A stretch of DNA of 64,000 bases from Felis catus. Lineage: Eukaryota. The position numbers and the translations under genes were made by a program. Below, piece by piece: positions 12,822 through 25,745 of the stretch (position 1 is the first letter of the stretch; every line of letters starts with the position of its first letter). The DNA lies in contig NC_058368.1 of assembly GCF_018350175.1 (NCBI RefSeq), positions 147,996,001-148,060,000 of the forward strand, in the 5' to 3' direction. Under the pieces are notes generated by a model that saw only the letters and a program-made list of their open reading frames with translations, made no database searches and was not told where the DNA came from.

Positions 12822-13510
12822 TACACTGGATCTCAAGTTAACTGGTTAGACAACCAGTTAATTCATATTAGCCAACTTTAACATGAAATGGTGCAACTAT
12901 CACCTGATATCTTTCAGAGAATTATTCACAAGGAAAAAAGAATAAACTTCTTTGCAACAGCAGGTATTTTTTTCCCCGTCCAACTTTTAAGTGGTATTTG
13001 AACTGATGGGAAATTTAAAACTGTGCTATGGACTCTATCAAATAAGAAGTTGATGACTAGAAAATATGGTTGTTAAATGTCACATTACTGTCTTCTGACA
13101 ATCTTCTGCCTTTTGGAGCAAGTTTTATAGCCTTGCTTCACTTGTTAAACAATAGAATGATTATAAATGTGTTAATCTAACATAAAGGATTTTAGGTTAC
13201 TTTACAAAAATCTGAATAAAGCTTCAAGAACTTCAGTGGCAAAATGCAATGAAAAGTTATAAAACACTGGTGTTACTCTAAAAAGTTTGACATTAAATGT
13301 TTTATTGAAATTTTGCTGCTAATCCTTTATGAATTCATATTAAATGAGGAAGCTCTTTTATGCAAGAAAATAACCTACAGCTGTCTTCATATCCTTCCAT
13401 GAAGCTGTCATTGAAAGGTTACTGATATCTTTCTATTTTACTTCAATGCATGACCAGTGACTACTGAGCTTTCAGTAACATTAAATTAAAAACCTCATAA
13501 AAGTTTTAGT
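12822..13510 (+). mobile_element. Possible ancient Tigger/pogo-type DNA transposon relic with degraded transposase
   Basis: TA+cactggatctcaagttaactgg TIR-like start. Downstream peptide remnants, in the expected order: NEEALLCKK (13343-13369, cf. DETGLFWKK), ERLLISFY (cf. ERLTVLLC), KPHKSF (cf. KPRAF). Confidence 0.4.
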
Positions 13511-13919
13511 CTTTAGAATGCTGATATCTCTCAGTTAATATATGAGAATATCCAGGAGGAGATGCATGTAAAAGGAGTTAACATAAACTAAAAAGCCTGC
13601 TTGAGTAACTAATTTGTCCTTAAGAGACAGTATATTGTTAGTGTCCAAAATCTTCAATATTTTTGAATATTTGAAGTTAGAAATAAGGTAGATAATCAAA
13701 AAATAAGCTATTTGGAAGTGTCAATTTTCTGGAAGAAAATACAGGTACATTTGGGGAAAAAAACGTATTAATACCTTCAAGTGGTCTATTTTAAACAAAG
13801 AAATTATTTATATTGTATTCAGACTTTATAAGGCTATTTCCATTAATTTTATGTAATATTCTCCTATTATGCCTTAATATTTTACAGGTTATTAAAGAAG
13901 CTTTTAACTGAAAACTACA

Positions 13920-16430
13920 GTTATATTCAATTACATTTTAAAACGTACTATTATGAGTATAATGAACCCACAGATTCAACAATTATCAGCTCATGACCAA
14001 ACTTCTTTTACCTATAACCACACAGCTTTCTCCTCCTCTCATGGACATATACACTGGATTATTCTGAAGCAAATTCCATACATTATATAAGTTTATTCAT
14101 AATATGTCAATATAAATAAACCTCTAAAACATAAGAACTCATTTATTAATGTATACCATAGTATAATTATCATACATACAAAGCTGAAAACTTCTTAATG
14201 TATACTATAGTACAATTACTGTACAAAATTAAAACTTTCTTAGCTTTTAATGAAAACAATTCTTATTTGAATCAGAGTCAAAATAAGGAATAAACATTGA
14301 ATTTAAGTATGTGTCTTGTTACTTATTTTATATTTGGCCCTATCCCCAAGCTTTTACAATCAGACAAAGGGTCTTGAAACCTCTCAGAATTCCACAAGAC
14401 TTGGGCTGATGTGAAGGAGTTTTAAAATAAAAGTTTTAATTAAATTTTATTATAATATAAAATTAATTCAGAAAAGCATTCACATCTGAAGAGCATAGGT
14501 TGCTTACTTTTTTTTTTTTTTTTGCAAATTGAACACACCTATGAAACCACTATTTTGATCAAGAAACACATTTCCCCATCCCTAGAAGCCCCCTCACAGC
14601 TCTCTTAGTGACAGCTCTTCTCATCTCCAAAGGTAACCACCTTCCTGACCTCTAATGCCATGGATGTGCACCCCCTGTATTTTAATTTTAAATTTATCTT
14701 CATGGCATCACACAGTAGATACTTTTCTGTATCTGTTTATTTCACCCCAAACCAGGTTCATGTGATTTATACATTTTGTTGTGCACAGGTCTTGTTTAGT
14801 CTCATTTTGAAATAGTATTCCACTGAAAAACACATATTACAATTTATCCATTTATCTATTAGTCTAATATTGATAGGCCTTTTGCTGTTTCCAAGACTTC
14901 ACTATTATAAATATTCCCACTAAGAAAATACATTAATATATCTTTTGTTTCAGGGGTGCCTGGGTGACTCATTCGGTTAAGTGTCTGACTTCAGCTCAGG
15001 TCATGATCTCTTGGTTCATGAATTTTCATTGGGCTCTGTACTGACAGCTCAGAGCCTGGAGCCTGCTTGAGATCTGTGTTTCCTTCTCTCTGCCCCTCCA
15101 TTGCTCATGCTCTTTCTCTCCCTCTCAAAAATAAATAAACATTGAAAAAATTAAAACATATCTTTTATTTCAAACGTTTCCATATTTATGTTGGCTATAT
15201 TCCTAGGAGTGAAAGTGCTAGGTCATAGAGTGTTTGAGTTTTCAGCTTTAGTGGTGATCTCCAAACATTTTTCAAAGTAGTTACACCAATTTTTATTCCC
15301 ACCAACAGTTTATTGAGCAGCCCAATTAATTCTCATTCTTGCCTAAAAATCATATTATCAGATTATTAGCCTTTTTACTTTGACCCAGGACTGAATGTTT
15401 CTACTACTATCACATTTAGGTTTATTTAAAATTTTTCTACGGCTCTTTAGATTAAGAAATTTATCATCTGTTTATTGGCCATTTGGGAATCAACCTGCAT
15501 CTTGATATTGCTTAGGGTTCATTTTAACAAGAACATCTCATTGGTACAGTCATGTATTTCCACAAGGTGGCACATAACATCTACATATCTTCCTTTTTAT
15601 ATACTGATGGACTTGATAAGCATTGCCTAAAATCATTATTCTATTAGATGTTGGCAAAATATGATGTTCAGAATCATTTATCCTTCACTTTTATTTGGAA
15701 CACTTCTTTAGAGAAACTTAAACTTTCCTTCATCAATTATTTGATTTTCATGAGATGTTGTTCAAGTAGGAACTGGAGGTTAAAAAAAGAGTATCATTAT
15801 TATTTGCTACTTTTCAGAATAGTAACATTAAATTCTCAAGTTCTTGCCAACTTAGGAGACCTGCATTCCACTTTATTTTTCTCTAGGCCTACAAGACTGA
15901 AAATATCACCATTTCCCATCTTCCCTAGCATCTTACAAAGAGGAACAATTAATGAATTCTGACATATTTGATATACTTCAAATCACTGAAATTATTACTT
16001 TTATTGATGTTTAGGTCAGGCTGACATGACCTTAGTAGTCTTTGTAATCTCGACGGTTCTCTGCATGACAAGGTATTACAGGCTCACCCTATAAAACTCT
16101 TGTTCCAATTTTGGAATAAATAACATCCCCCCTCAAAGAGCCCTGTTTCCTTTTAGTTATAAATTACACCTGATGCTAAAAGTGCTCATCGTAAAGGCTT
16201 TAGTCATTGTTTCTAGGTCTGTTTGTTAAGTAGAAATGAGAATTATTAGTCCATTATTTATTTTTTTTTTTTTGGTAAGAGAAAATACATTATGGGCTCA
16301 TCGTGACATTTCCAAAACAAATTTACATTTCAGTTATTTCATTTACATTCAGGGTTTTTTTGTTATGTTGACAATTTTGGGTATCGTCAACACTAACATA
16401 ATTGCATTATCCTAATATAAAATCACTTGC
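13920..16430 (-). mobile_element. Cluster of ancient L1M 3' fragments (L1ME/L1MC-like)
   Basis: ccctagaagcccc...aaaggtaaccaccttcctgacctctaatgccatgg; cctaggagtgaaagtgctaggtcatag...cccaccaacag; interrupted by a SINE. Confidence 0.65.
14953..15154 (+). mobile_element. CanSINE (older felid subfamily)
   Basis: SINE head, CT tract and tail; 18-bp TSD with 2 mismatches (14935-14952 and 15155-15172). Confidence 0.95.
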
Positions 16431-16438
16431 AATACTTT

Positions 16439-16464
16439 GTGTGTGTGTGTGTGTGTGTGTGTGT
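16439..16464. repeat. (GT)13 microsatellite
   Basis: Counted directly. Confidence 0.95.
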
Positions 16465-16483
16465 AAGGTTAAGTTAAAATTTC

Positions 16484-17019
16484 ATGGGCATATAGAAAAA
16501 TGGACTCCAAAGATGTCTGTGCTCTGTTCTATAAAAACTTGTCTGCGACCATGTTACCTTCCATGACAAAAGAGATGCTGCAGAAGACAATATTCTGGAT
16601 CATTCAGATGGACCATACAGTGCCTTAACAGTAGAACATTTTTAGTTGGGTCAGATTGATGAGATAGAAGAGAGAGAAATGACACATGACAAGGACTTGA
16701 TCTGCTACTGTTATCTTTGAAGAGAGAAGAAGGAGGACATGAGTCAGGGCATGCAGAAGTCTGTAGAATATATGAACAAACCTAAGTTTACAGTCATCAA
16801 GAAAACAAGGACTTCAATCACGCAACCAGCAGAAACTAAATTTTGCCATAAATCTGGATGAGCAAGAAAATAGATTCTCCCCTTGGGCAACTTGGTTTTA
16901 GTCCAGTGACACACATACTGGACTTCTAACCTACAGAACTGTTAAGATAATAAATCTGAATTGTTTTAAGCCACTAATTTAATGGTCATTTATTATGGTG
17001 GCAATAAAAAACTACTATA
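16484..17019 (+). mobile_element. MaLR solo LTR (MLT1D-like)
   Basis: aatggactccaaagatgtc...atgttaccttccatgacaaaagaga at the 5' end; gacttctaacctacagaactg...aataaatctg...ttgttttaagccacta...gcaataaaaaactactata at the 3' end. Confidence 0.8.
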
Positions 17020-17269
17020 GTTAACTTCAAATTTTTTTCTTTCTGCTTTTGGGATTTTTTTTCCATTTTGATTTTATGTACTTTGTTTTATGTAAAATGT
17101 TCAGAAGGTTACAACATAAAACAACATATTCATAGCGAAGTTTGGTTTCTCTGTCCCTTCCGCCCTTCCTTTTCTTTTTTACATCCTTAAAAATTTACAT
17201 TTTAGCTTTCCAGAGTTATATTCACTCAAGTAAGAATACATAAACATTAATATTCCTATCTTAAATTTT

Positions 17270-17530
17270 CATTTTTTATTTTATTTATTAAAATAACATA
17301 CTCTAAAATTGGCAATTTTGGTGTACAATTTTATGAATTTTAATACATGAATACATTCATTTAACCACTTTCACAATTAAGATACACATTGGTTCATGGT
17401 ATCACTCGCAAAACTTTGTGCTAGTCACAACAACATCCTCTCTCCATCCATAACCCTAGTAACTGCTGATTTGTCCTCCTTCACTATATTTTTGTCTTTG
17501 AGAAAATGGAATAGCTACTTTCACTTAGTA
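17270..17530 (-). mobile_element. L1MC/ME-like 3' end fragment
   Basis: gtgtacaattttatgaattttaatacatg...taaccact...acaattaagatac...aaccctagtaactgctgatttg. Confidence 0.6.
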
Positions 17531-19570
17531 TGTAGTCAAACATGCAACTATTCTTACAACCAAAAGTCATATTCATGGGGGTTCATCTGAGAGAAATAAA
17601 ATCATATCTCTAAAAGCTATGTAGAAAATTACTCATATTAGCCAATAATCGAAAACAACTCTAATAGTAGGCAAAAGAATAAAAAATCAAATTGTGTTAT
17701 ATTCATAGAATTGAATACCATAGTTCAATAAAAGGAATGGACTACTAATGTAACAATAATGTAAATATGTCAACATGTTAAATGAAAAAAGCCAGGAAAA
17801 AAGTTAACATACTGATAGATTTCTATATATTGCTAGTATACACACACACAAGCAAAATTATTCTATGGATGCAGAAATAAGCCCAGTAAGAATAGTGATT
17901 GCACTTTGGATGGAGGACTGAACTGGAAAGGAACGTAAGGAAGTTGCTTGAATTGATGAAAACATTCTATACTTTGACTGAGATGTCTTTAGAAAGTTGA
18001 AAAAGTTTCTCAAAATTGACCCAAATGTGCATATAACTTTTTTGGAATTTGCTATATGTAAATTACCACCTTTGTATCAAATAAAGAACTTCAAAAGAAG
18101 AAAAAACAGAACATGTCTGAGAAATTTCCAAAAATGATGATAGATGTGAAGGCACAGACAGAGAAAAATCCTAAAAGCAGAGAACAAAAGGGATATTACC
18201 TTCAAAGGAAGAACATCAAGACTGATAACTGACTTTTTAACAGAAATGATAAAAACTAAAGTCAAGCATGCTGGCATGCTTAGAAACTGGAAGCAAATAG
18301 CCACAATTCTAAAACATTAAATATTTTTAAAATCTGAATGAAATTAAAATTAAAAAATCAAATAAAAACTAGAGATATGTTGTCAATAGAACTACAGATA
18401 AAGGAAAAATATTCATGAATAAACCCATGAGAATCCAGGCAGAAATAAAGAGCCAAGTGAAAACATAAATACATTTTGACTATGGTCTTTTTTTTTAATT
18501 TAAATACATGGCAACAATAACCAGTGCTGGGGCTAAGTATTTTCTTTTCTAGTGTTATGAAATAGAGAGCACTGATACAAGGCCAAATAAATCTGAATAC
18601 TCTTATGTATCTTAACTAAATTCAGTTACTAACATCCCCAAAAGCAGGATTAATTGGCTTCAAAAAGTAGTTTTCCAAATATTTAAGAGAGGAGGGAAAA
18701 AAAACAAACCAGAAACAAAAAAGACAAACGATAAGCTCACACAAATTCGCCAGAGAATTTTTTTTGAAGGCAAATCTTGAGTAGCACTTCACAAATGTGG
18801 CTATCCAAATGTCTCAGAGGGCCATGGACAGGGTATCTGACTTTATTAGACATAAGGGAAATTCTAATTAAAATCAAAATATTATACTACTACTGATCCA
18901 TGAAATGCATAATATGAAAAAGATAATACCAAATTCTGGTAAGGATATGGAGCATCTGGAAATCATACACTCTTCATATGTAAAATGGAACAAACTCTTT
19001 GGAAAACTATCTTGCTAGTTTATGTTACTGCTAAATATATAGATGCCTCATAACCTAGCCATTATACTCCTAGTTATATATCCAATGGAAATGTACACTA
19101 ATGCCCACCAAAAGAAATGTATATGCTTTTAATAGATAAAAAAGGGAACAATCAAATTACCCAACATCAACATATTTATCAATCATAGAATTGGCAATTT
19201 GTCATACAGTAATTGTGGTACATTCTATCAAAAAAGTATTACTCATCAATAAGACTAAATCAATTTTCCCCACACATAAAACCTTGGATGACTCTCACAA
19301 ACAAAATATGAAGCAAACAAAGCTACTCACAAAAGACAAGAATCCATGTGTATCAACTTGCAAATAGGCAAGACCCTCTTATTAGAAACCAGGTGAGTGA
19401 TTATTCTTAGATGAACAGCGAACAGGAGGGGTCATGATGGAAATTTCTGAGAATCTGTTTTTACTTATTCTGTTCTTTGTCTTAAGTTAAGTACTGACTA
19501 TGCAATGCTTTCCCTTTATGAAAATTCAGGGAAAAATACATAAAGATTTTCTATATGTAGGTTATGCTAT
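17531..19570 (+). mobile_element. Ancient L1ME/HAL1-like fragments (ORF1 piece and 3' ends)
   Basis: gagaaaaatcctaaaagcagagaa...attaccttcaaagga...agactgataactgactttttaacagaa (ORF1-like); ggtaaggatatggagca...ctttggaaaac...ctagccattatactcctag (ORF2 end). Confidence 0.65.
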
Positions 19571-19585
19571 TAAAATGTTTACCTT

Positions 19586-19791
19586 CAAAAAATTTTTAAT
19601 GTTTATTTTTGAGTGACAGAGAGAGAGAGACAGAGCACAAGCAGAGAGAGAGGGAGACACAGAATCTGAAGCAGGTTCCAAGCTCCGAGCTGTCAACACA
19701 GAGCCTGATGCGGGGCTTGAACTCAAAAGCTGTGAGATCATGACCTGAGCCAAAGTCAGATGCTTAACCGACTGAGCCACCCAGGTGCCCC
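19586..19791 (-). mobile_element. CanSINE
   Basis: Antisense SINE; TSD 14/15 (taaaatgtttacctt 19571-19585, taaaatatttacctt 19792-19806). Confidence 0.96.
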
Positions 19792-20596
19792 TAAAATATT
19801 TACCTTAAAAGAAATAAATTTTATTTATACCTATCAAGTTCTCTCAAAAATATTAGCTTTTCTTTCTCTGTATAAATATATTGTTTCATCAGACAACTCC
19901 AAAATGGTTATAGGACGTTGTATTCTTGGTACTTTAAAATTATTTTTAAATGTTTACATATTCTTTTAGTTTTTAATAAAAAACTTATATCAAACTTTAC
20001 AATAACTACAAATTTATACTAACCATCATACTGGATTCTATTCATTGTGCTTTCACATATCCTCACACACTCACACACCATATACACATGAGCACACTCC
20101 CAATGTGTGGGAGATATGCTACATATCAAACAATATCAATAATCCAAAAAACTGTATTTCAATAAAACAAATTTGTTACTTATTTTTAATTCCTTGTAAA
20201 TTTATTTCTGATCACTCAGTACATAATTCTTACAGCTTTTATAGTAAAAGAATATAAATCCTGATAACTTTCTTCTCTGGTTATAAAGTAGTAAACATTA
20301 AAATTTGCATAAAACAGGCTATAATAATGTTTTATTATTTTGAATATATTTCTGAGGTTGAAGAAATTGGAAAATCAAGGTCAATGTAGTTATCTGACTT
20401 CATATCTGAAGACATAAAAATTTTTTAAGTGAAAATTATTTTAAAGATTTATATTTTCAACACCATAGCTTAATCATTAAACACTGCTGAATCAAATAAA
20501 AATATTCTCCAAATATCAAAGTTATCTCTTAAATCAATCTAATAGGTATATATACACGTGCATGAATGTGTATACATGCATATGTAAGTGAAAAGA

Positions 20597-20600
<4 letters not shown>

Positions 20601-20638
<38 letters not shown>
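20601..20638. repeat. (GT)19 microsatellite
   Basis: Counted directly. Confidence 0.95.
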
Positions 20639-20640
<2 letters not shown>

Positions 20641-21859
20641 ATAAAATCACAATTGGGCTAAATAAATTCTATTCTTCAATCACCAGTTATAAAAGCTTAA
20701 AAAAATTCTGCTTGTTTTTAAACTTGACACACATGGAATGATACATACTCCCTTCTCTGTTATTGAATGTTTGTTTAGTATTTTGCTTGTGAGAATCATT
20801 GATATTTTTGTTTGTAGCATTATTTATTTTTTTTATCTTGAAGTATAGCATTCCTTATATAAATACACTACAACTTATGTATCAATTCTCAAGTATGATC
20901 CTTCCATTTTGCAGTTTTTTCCTGGCTCTTCATTATTGCTTTATATTTTTTAGTTTTCACATTAAGCTATTATAAACTGGTAACACTGATGAAGTATTTC
21001 TTCCATAAAACTATAACCACATATTCTCAGACATGGTAAGTATATGACTGTGTGAACATTAATACTCATCATCACTGTATCAATTACATATTAAAAGAAA
21101 GTATCAAGAATTAAAATACTTAGTCACACAGTTCAAAGGCATATAAAATAATAAAGGTTTGTTAAACTTATTAACAGAAACCCAGTTCTTTTATACAAAG
21201 GAGATTTGGAGAAACGAAAAAAAACACACTTTACACAAAAATATTTGGTAAGTAACAAACACTAAATAAGTACCGGAAAAATATAGGATTTTCAGAAATT
21301 TGATGACTATTAATTTTTTTACAATAACAAAGAATCATTATCTTTTAAAAACTGTTAACTAGGCCAAAGGACACATTCTCTGAATACTCCACAAAACAAA
21401 GGCAACATTTTACTCACAGTATTAATTAGCTTCAGTACCATTCTTTTTTTTCTTTTTTTACACCCTCTCTGTTAAATTGTGCCCCAAAGTGCAAACATTA
21501 AGGCTTTGTTTTCCTTTCTGGATATAGTAAAGGCATGTGCTCTGTACAATGTAGATATGCCATAAACTTTCAAACAGGTGTTTATTTATTTTTTTAATGG
21601 AGGATCCACAAACTAAGATCTATAGAAAGATACTAAGTAATCACTGTGCACCTTGATAAAAATCAACAAAACAATGTTTGTACCAACCTGATATATACTG
21701 GAACAGACGTGGTAAATGTAAATAAAATGTGAGCAAATCAATAGATGTCACTTTCAATGAAAAAGATCTCAAGTGTTGTTCACAGTTCTTGGGGTCTTAA
21801 TTGTATATAACACTAAAAGTATGCAGTATTGTGCTTCTTATTTTGTCACCTAATATAAA

Positions 21860-21901
21860 TTTCATGTACATTCACGAGTGTTTCATATACATTCATGAGT
21901 G
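21860..21901. repeat. 21-bp tandem duplication
   Basis: tttcatgtacattcacgagtg and tttcatatacattcatgagtg (19/21). Confidence 0.85.
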
Positions 21902-21929
21902 TTTACAAACTACCTACATTGCTACCCGT

Positions 21930-22850
21930 ATTCTTTGTTCCCTAGGTACAACAGAATAAATGTTCCTGAGTCAATCAAAAGTCAAACCTATAACTCACAG
22001 TTGGAATCTAACTCCATTTTGACTTTTTAGACTTAGATATAACAGTCACTTATCTTTTCCCCTTTCTATCACCAATATCTCCCTCTCTCCTAGACTGTAG
22101 TCATCAGGAATATAAACATACTATAGAAACACTCACAATTCAAGATCCAGTGCTCCAATAGGCTATCGATCTATTTTGAGATTTATATATATAAAGAAAG
22201 AGAGGGGGATGAAGAGAGAGATTTAATATCCATGAGAAAATTTTGAACAAGTTCTACAACTGATGTTTGTACTTTCTCAGTGTCTGTTCACTCTAGAATC
22301 TAAATTAATCTCAATCCCATTCTCAACTTCTTCATCAAAACACTGCTACATCATGGTCTTTGACAATCTCTTTGTAGCCATAGCCACTATCCACCTCTTT
22401 TCCTTCATATTATTTGAGGTTTTAGTAGCTGTTATTCCAACATCCCTTAAAATATATCCTCTCTTGGGGCGCCTGGGTTGCGCAGTCGGTTAAGCGTCCG
22501 ACTTCAGCCAGGTCACGATCTCGCGGTCCGTGAGTTCGAGCCCCGCGTCAGGCTCTGGGCTGATGGCTCAGAGCCTGGAGCCTGTTTCTGATTCTGTGTC
22601 TCCCTCTCTCTCTGCCCTTCCCCCGTTCATGCTCTGTCTCTCTCTGTCCCAAAAATAAATAAACGTTGAAAAAAAAAATTAAAAAAAAATATATCCTCTC
22701 TTAATTCTGAGAAACAGCCCTTTCCTTATCTGCTTCCTACTTCTACTCCTAATTTTCATTTTCATATCTTCATTCTCACTATTCCATTCTTCTGCAATGT
22801 CAAATTTTCTGTTAATGTCATCTATGGCATTTATCATATCGGATACTACA
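21930..22850 (+). mobile_element. LINE-2 remnant (interrupted by a SINE)
   Basis: aacactgctacatcatggtctttgacaatctctttgtagcca...tccttcatattatttgaggttttagtagctgtt resembles L2 ORF sequence. Confidence 0.5.
22466..22685 (+). mobile_element. CanSINE, young SINEC_Fc type
   Basis: CpG-rich, near-consensus body; perfect 17-bp TSD aaaatatatcctctctt (22449-22465 and 22686-22702). Confidence 0.98.
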
Positions 22851-22879
22851 CTTTCCTGAGAATTTGATATATATATTTT

Positions 22880-24090
22880 AAATATCTTCCATATCCCTGC
22901 TTATAATAATTTCCTCTGTTTGCACATGTGTAATAGTTATAACTGCTTTAATGTCCTAGTCAACTAATTCTATCGTTTGTGTTATTTGAATCAATTTTAA
23001 TTGTCTCTTCATTATAAGCTGTTTCCTGTCTCCATGGCAATTGATGTTTTTTTTTTAATTTGATGTCAAACATTGTAAATTATACGTTTTAATGTGCTAG
23101 ATAGTTTTCATTACTATGCATATCTCCTCAGCTTAGTTTGGGAAGTATTTAAGTTACTTTTAAACAGTTGGATTATTTGGTTCTTTCAAGCTCTGTTAGA
23201 CAGGGCCAGAATAACATTCAATCTAGGGATAATTTTGTCTCACTACTAAGTTAAAACCTTATGCTGCATGTCTAGTGAATTCCAGAATTTTCTACTTTCG
23301 CTTGTATGATGATAATTTATTTCAAGCCTGGTGTAAAATACCTTTGCTGTCACTTGTAATCCTTCCAGGTAGTTCCTTCTCTAGCCTCAAGTAGTTTTCC
23401 TTAAATAGATGTACTGGTATACCTATAAGAATACTCAGCAGCCTCTCTGCAGATCTCTGGAAATACTTTCCATGCAGCTCTCTCCTTCCTGATACTCTAC
23501 CTTAAGAACTCTAGTTTTAGTCTCCCCAGATCCTCAGCTCTGTCTGTTCAACTCAAAGTATCTGCCAGGCTCTTTCAGGTTTCCCAATACTTATTACATC
23601 CTGGAAACTCTCTTCTGGTAGGAAGCTGTGACAATAGTAGGGTTTATGTATTTTGTTCCCTAATTCTTACAGACCATTTACCTTTATTTATTAATCTTTA
23701 AATGATTTTTTTCATTTATTTTTCAGACAGAGAGAGACAGAGCATGAGTGGGAGAGGGGCAGAGAGAGAGGGAGACACAGCATCCTTTGCAGGCTCCAGG
23801 CCCTGAGCTGTCAGCACAGAGCCCAAGATGTGGGACTCAAACCCATAAACCATTAGATCATGACTCAAGCCAAAGTTGGACACTTAACCGACTGAGTCAC
23901 GCAGGCACCCCGCATTTAGATTTATTGTATGGTGTCCACTTCAATATTTTTTCAAGTTCCTTGTCTGTTTTTTGTTTTTTGGTTTGTTTTTGTTTCTGTT
24001 TTGCATTTTCATTTTTTTAAGTTTCTTGTTGTCTTATATCAAAGGAGATATCTAGTCCCTATTCCTCATTTTTGCCAAGAACAAAAGTCC
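22880..24090 (-). mobile_element. Ancient L1M 5' region remnant
   Basis: aatctagggataattttg...cactactaag; gcctctctgcagatctctgg...tgcagctctctccttcctgatactct are typical antisense old L1 5' sequence. Confidence 0.55.
23689..23911 (-). mobile_element. CanSINE
   Basis: Antisense SINE; TSD 12/14 (23675-23688 and 23913-23926). Confidence 0.94.
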
Positions 24091-25594
24091 CAGTCTGAGT
24101 TCACCCTAATGCTGAGTCAGATAAATCTAGGAGAAAAGTCTGGCTTTGCAAGGGACCAAAGGATCTGAGAAGAGCTCATCTAGGATCCAAGGCTGTGCTA
24201 GTAACAAAAGGACAAGGAAAATCAATTTGACCCAGAAGAGACTGCCTAAGCTTTTAAATTGGTAAAGCACAAATTAGTTGGGTACTTATAAAATTTGTCC
24301 CAGCCAGTGGTTAGAACATACACTGAGTATAACATCTTTTTAAAGTTTTATTTCAGAGGAAGCATGTAAATCTAATAGAAAAAGGAAACATCACACTTTT
24401 CCTTCCCCAACAGGAAAATTAGAGTAGAAAATGGAGAGGTGCCTTGAAAAGGGGCTGCAAGAAGTTCCATATGTGAACTTCTAGCTCAAAACTGCTGTAA
24501 AGTTATCCATTCAATTACAAACAATATACTATGCTTTAAAGAAAAGGGAGGAAAACACCCTTTCTTCTCATCTGGGTTAATCCAGTGTGACCATAAGTCA
24601 ACTAATATTTGAGAGATGACAAAATAAATAGATGGTATCAACAATGTGACATTTCACATAGTATATTATAGCAGCCATTGACTCAAAAGGACAATGAAAA
24701 CATCACTGTTAAGGATTTTCTCCTCCAGATTTTGAGGCTCAGTAGATGAGGCTCATGACCTTATCACCAGGTTAGGCATGTTGGGTTATGGGAGGAAACC
24801 TTTTGTTGCTTTGAGGGGAGGAAGCCTTTGAGGTTCTGCAAACCTCCTGTAGTAGCAAAGACTCAATGTACATTTGCTTTATCTTTGCTCCACTTAGAAC
24901 TTGAATTTTCTGAGACTAATTCATAAGTATTACAAGCTGTATCTATGGTTAGTACTTTCTTTTTTAATAAATGCTCATAAATCATATATTTGTAACAAGA
25001 GATTAATCACCACTCTTCTCTTATTCTAACATGTTAGGATGCATTTACATTGCATTGCTTTTTCCCTATCCATTCAATTCATTTAACCATTCATTCATTC
25101 ATTCATTCATTCACCTACCCAATAATTTACCAAACATTAATACTGACTACCCACTCTCCTTTCCTATGACCTTATTATTGAAACTGAAATTTAACAAAAT
25201 AATTGAAAATTCACCTTTGTTTAACTACATTCTTTTATTTAAACAATCAGATTAGCTTTTTTTTTTTTTTTTTTGTAGAAATGTTTCCTAAAACACAGCT
25301 TAGTTCATTATAAGTATATACAAAAGATGTTTGAATACAGGTTAAACTTTGGTTTTGGGGGATCAGTGTCCAAACTTTCTGAGATTCTAACCTAAGAGGG
25401 AAAGTAATAGTCTTTAACCTTGTACCTCTATCCATCAAGAGTAATTCATAGTCAGGTCTGAGGTTTTCAGGTAGCAGGATTTATCAAAGTTGGATGTACT
25501 GTCCAAACAAATCTTTAAAAGCAGCTATTCTTTATTGACTATTAACTATGTCAGGTATTGGCACAGTTTTTTTTTTTAATCTTTAAAATGGCTT

Positions 25595-25745
25595 CTTGAG
25601 CTAAGTACTATTCTTAACCATCATTTTGTAAATTAGAAGACCAAGACTCAAAAGAGTTAAGAAGCTTTCCTGTGTACCCATAGGACGTGTTAGAGTTGAA
25701 CCCAGGGCATTTCACACAAGAGCCTGTACTCTTAACCAATTTGCT
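25595..25745 (-). mobile_element. MIR remnant
   Basis: gtactatt...cattttgtaaattagaagaccaagactcaaaagagttaag...ttgaacccagg...agagcctgtactcttaacca. Confidence 0.7.

Noticed and set aside
21680..21730. Minus-strand ttccag|TATATATCAG|gttggt micro-exon-like pattern
   Set aside because: 10 nt, not frame-preserving, and no independent support.
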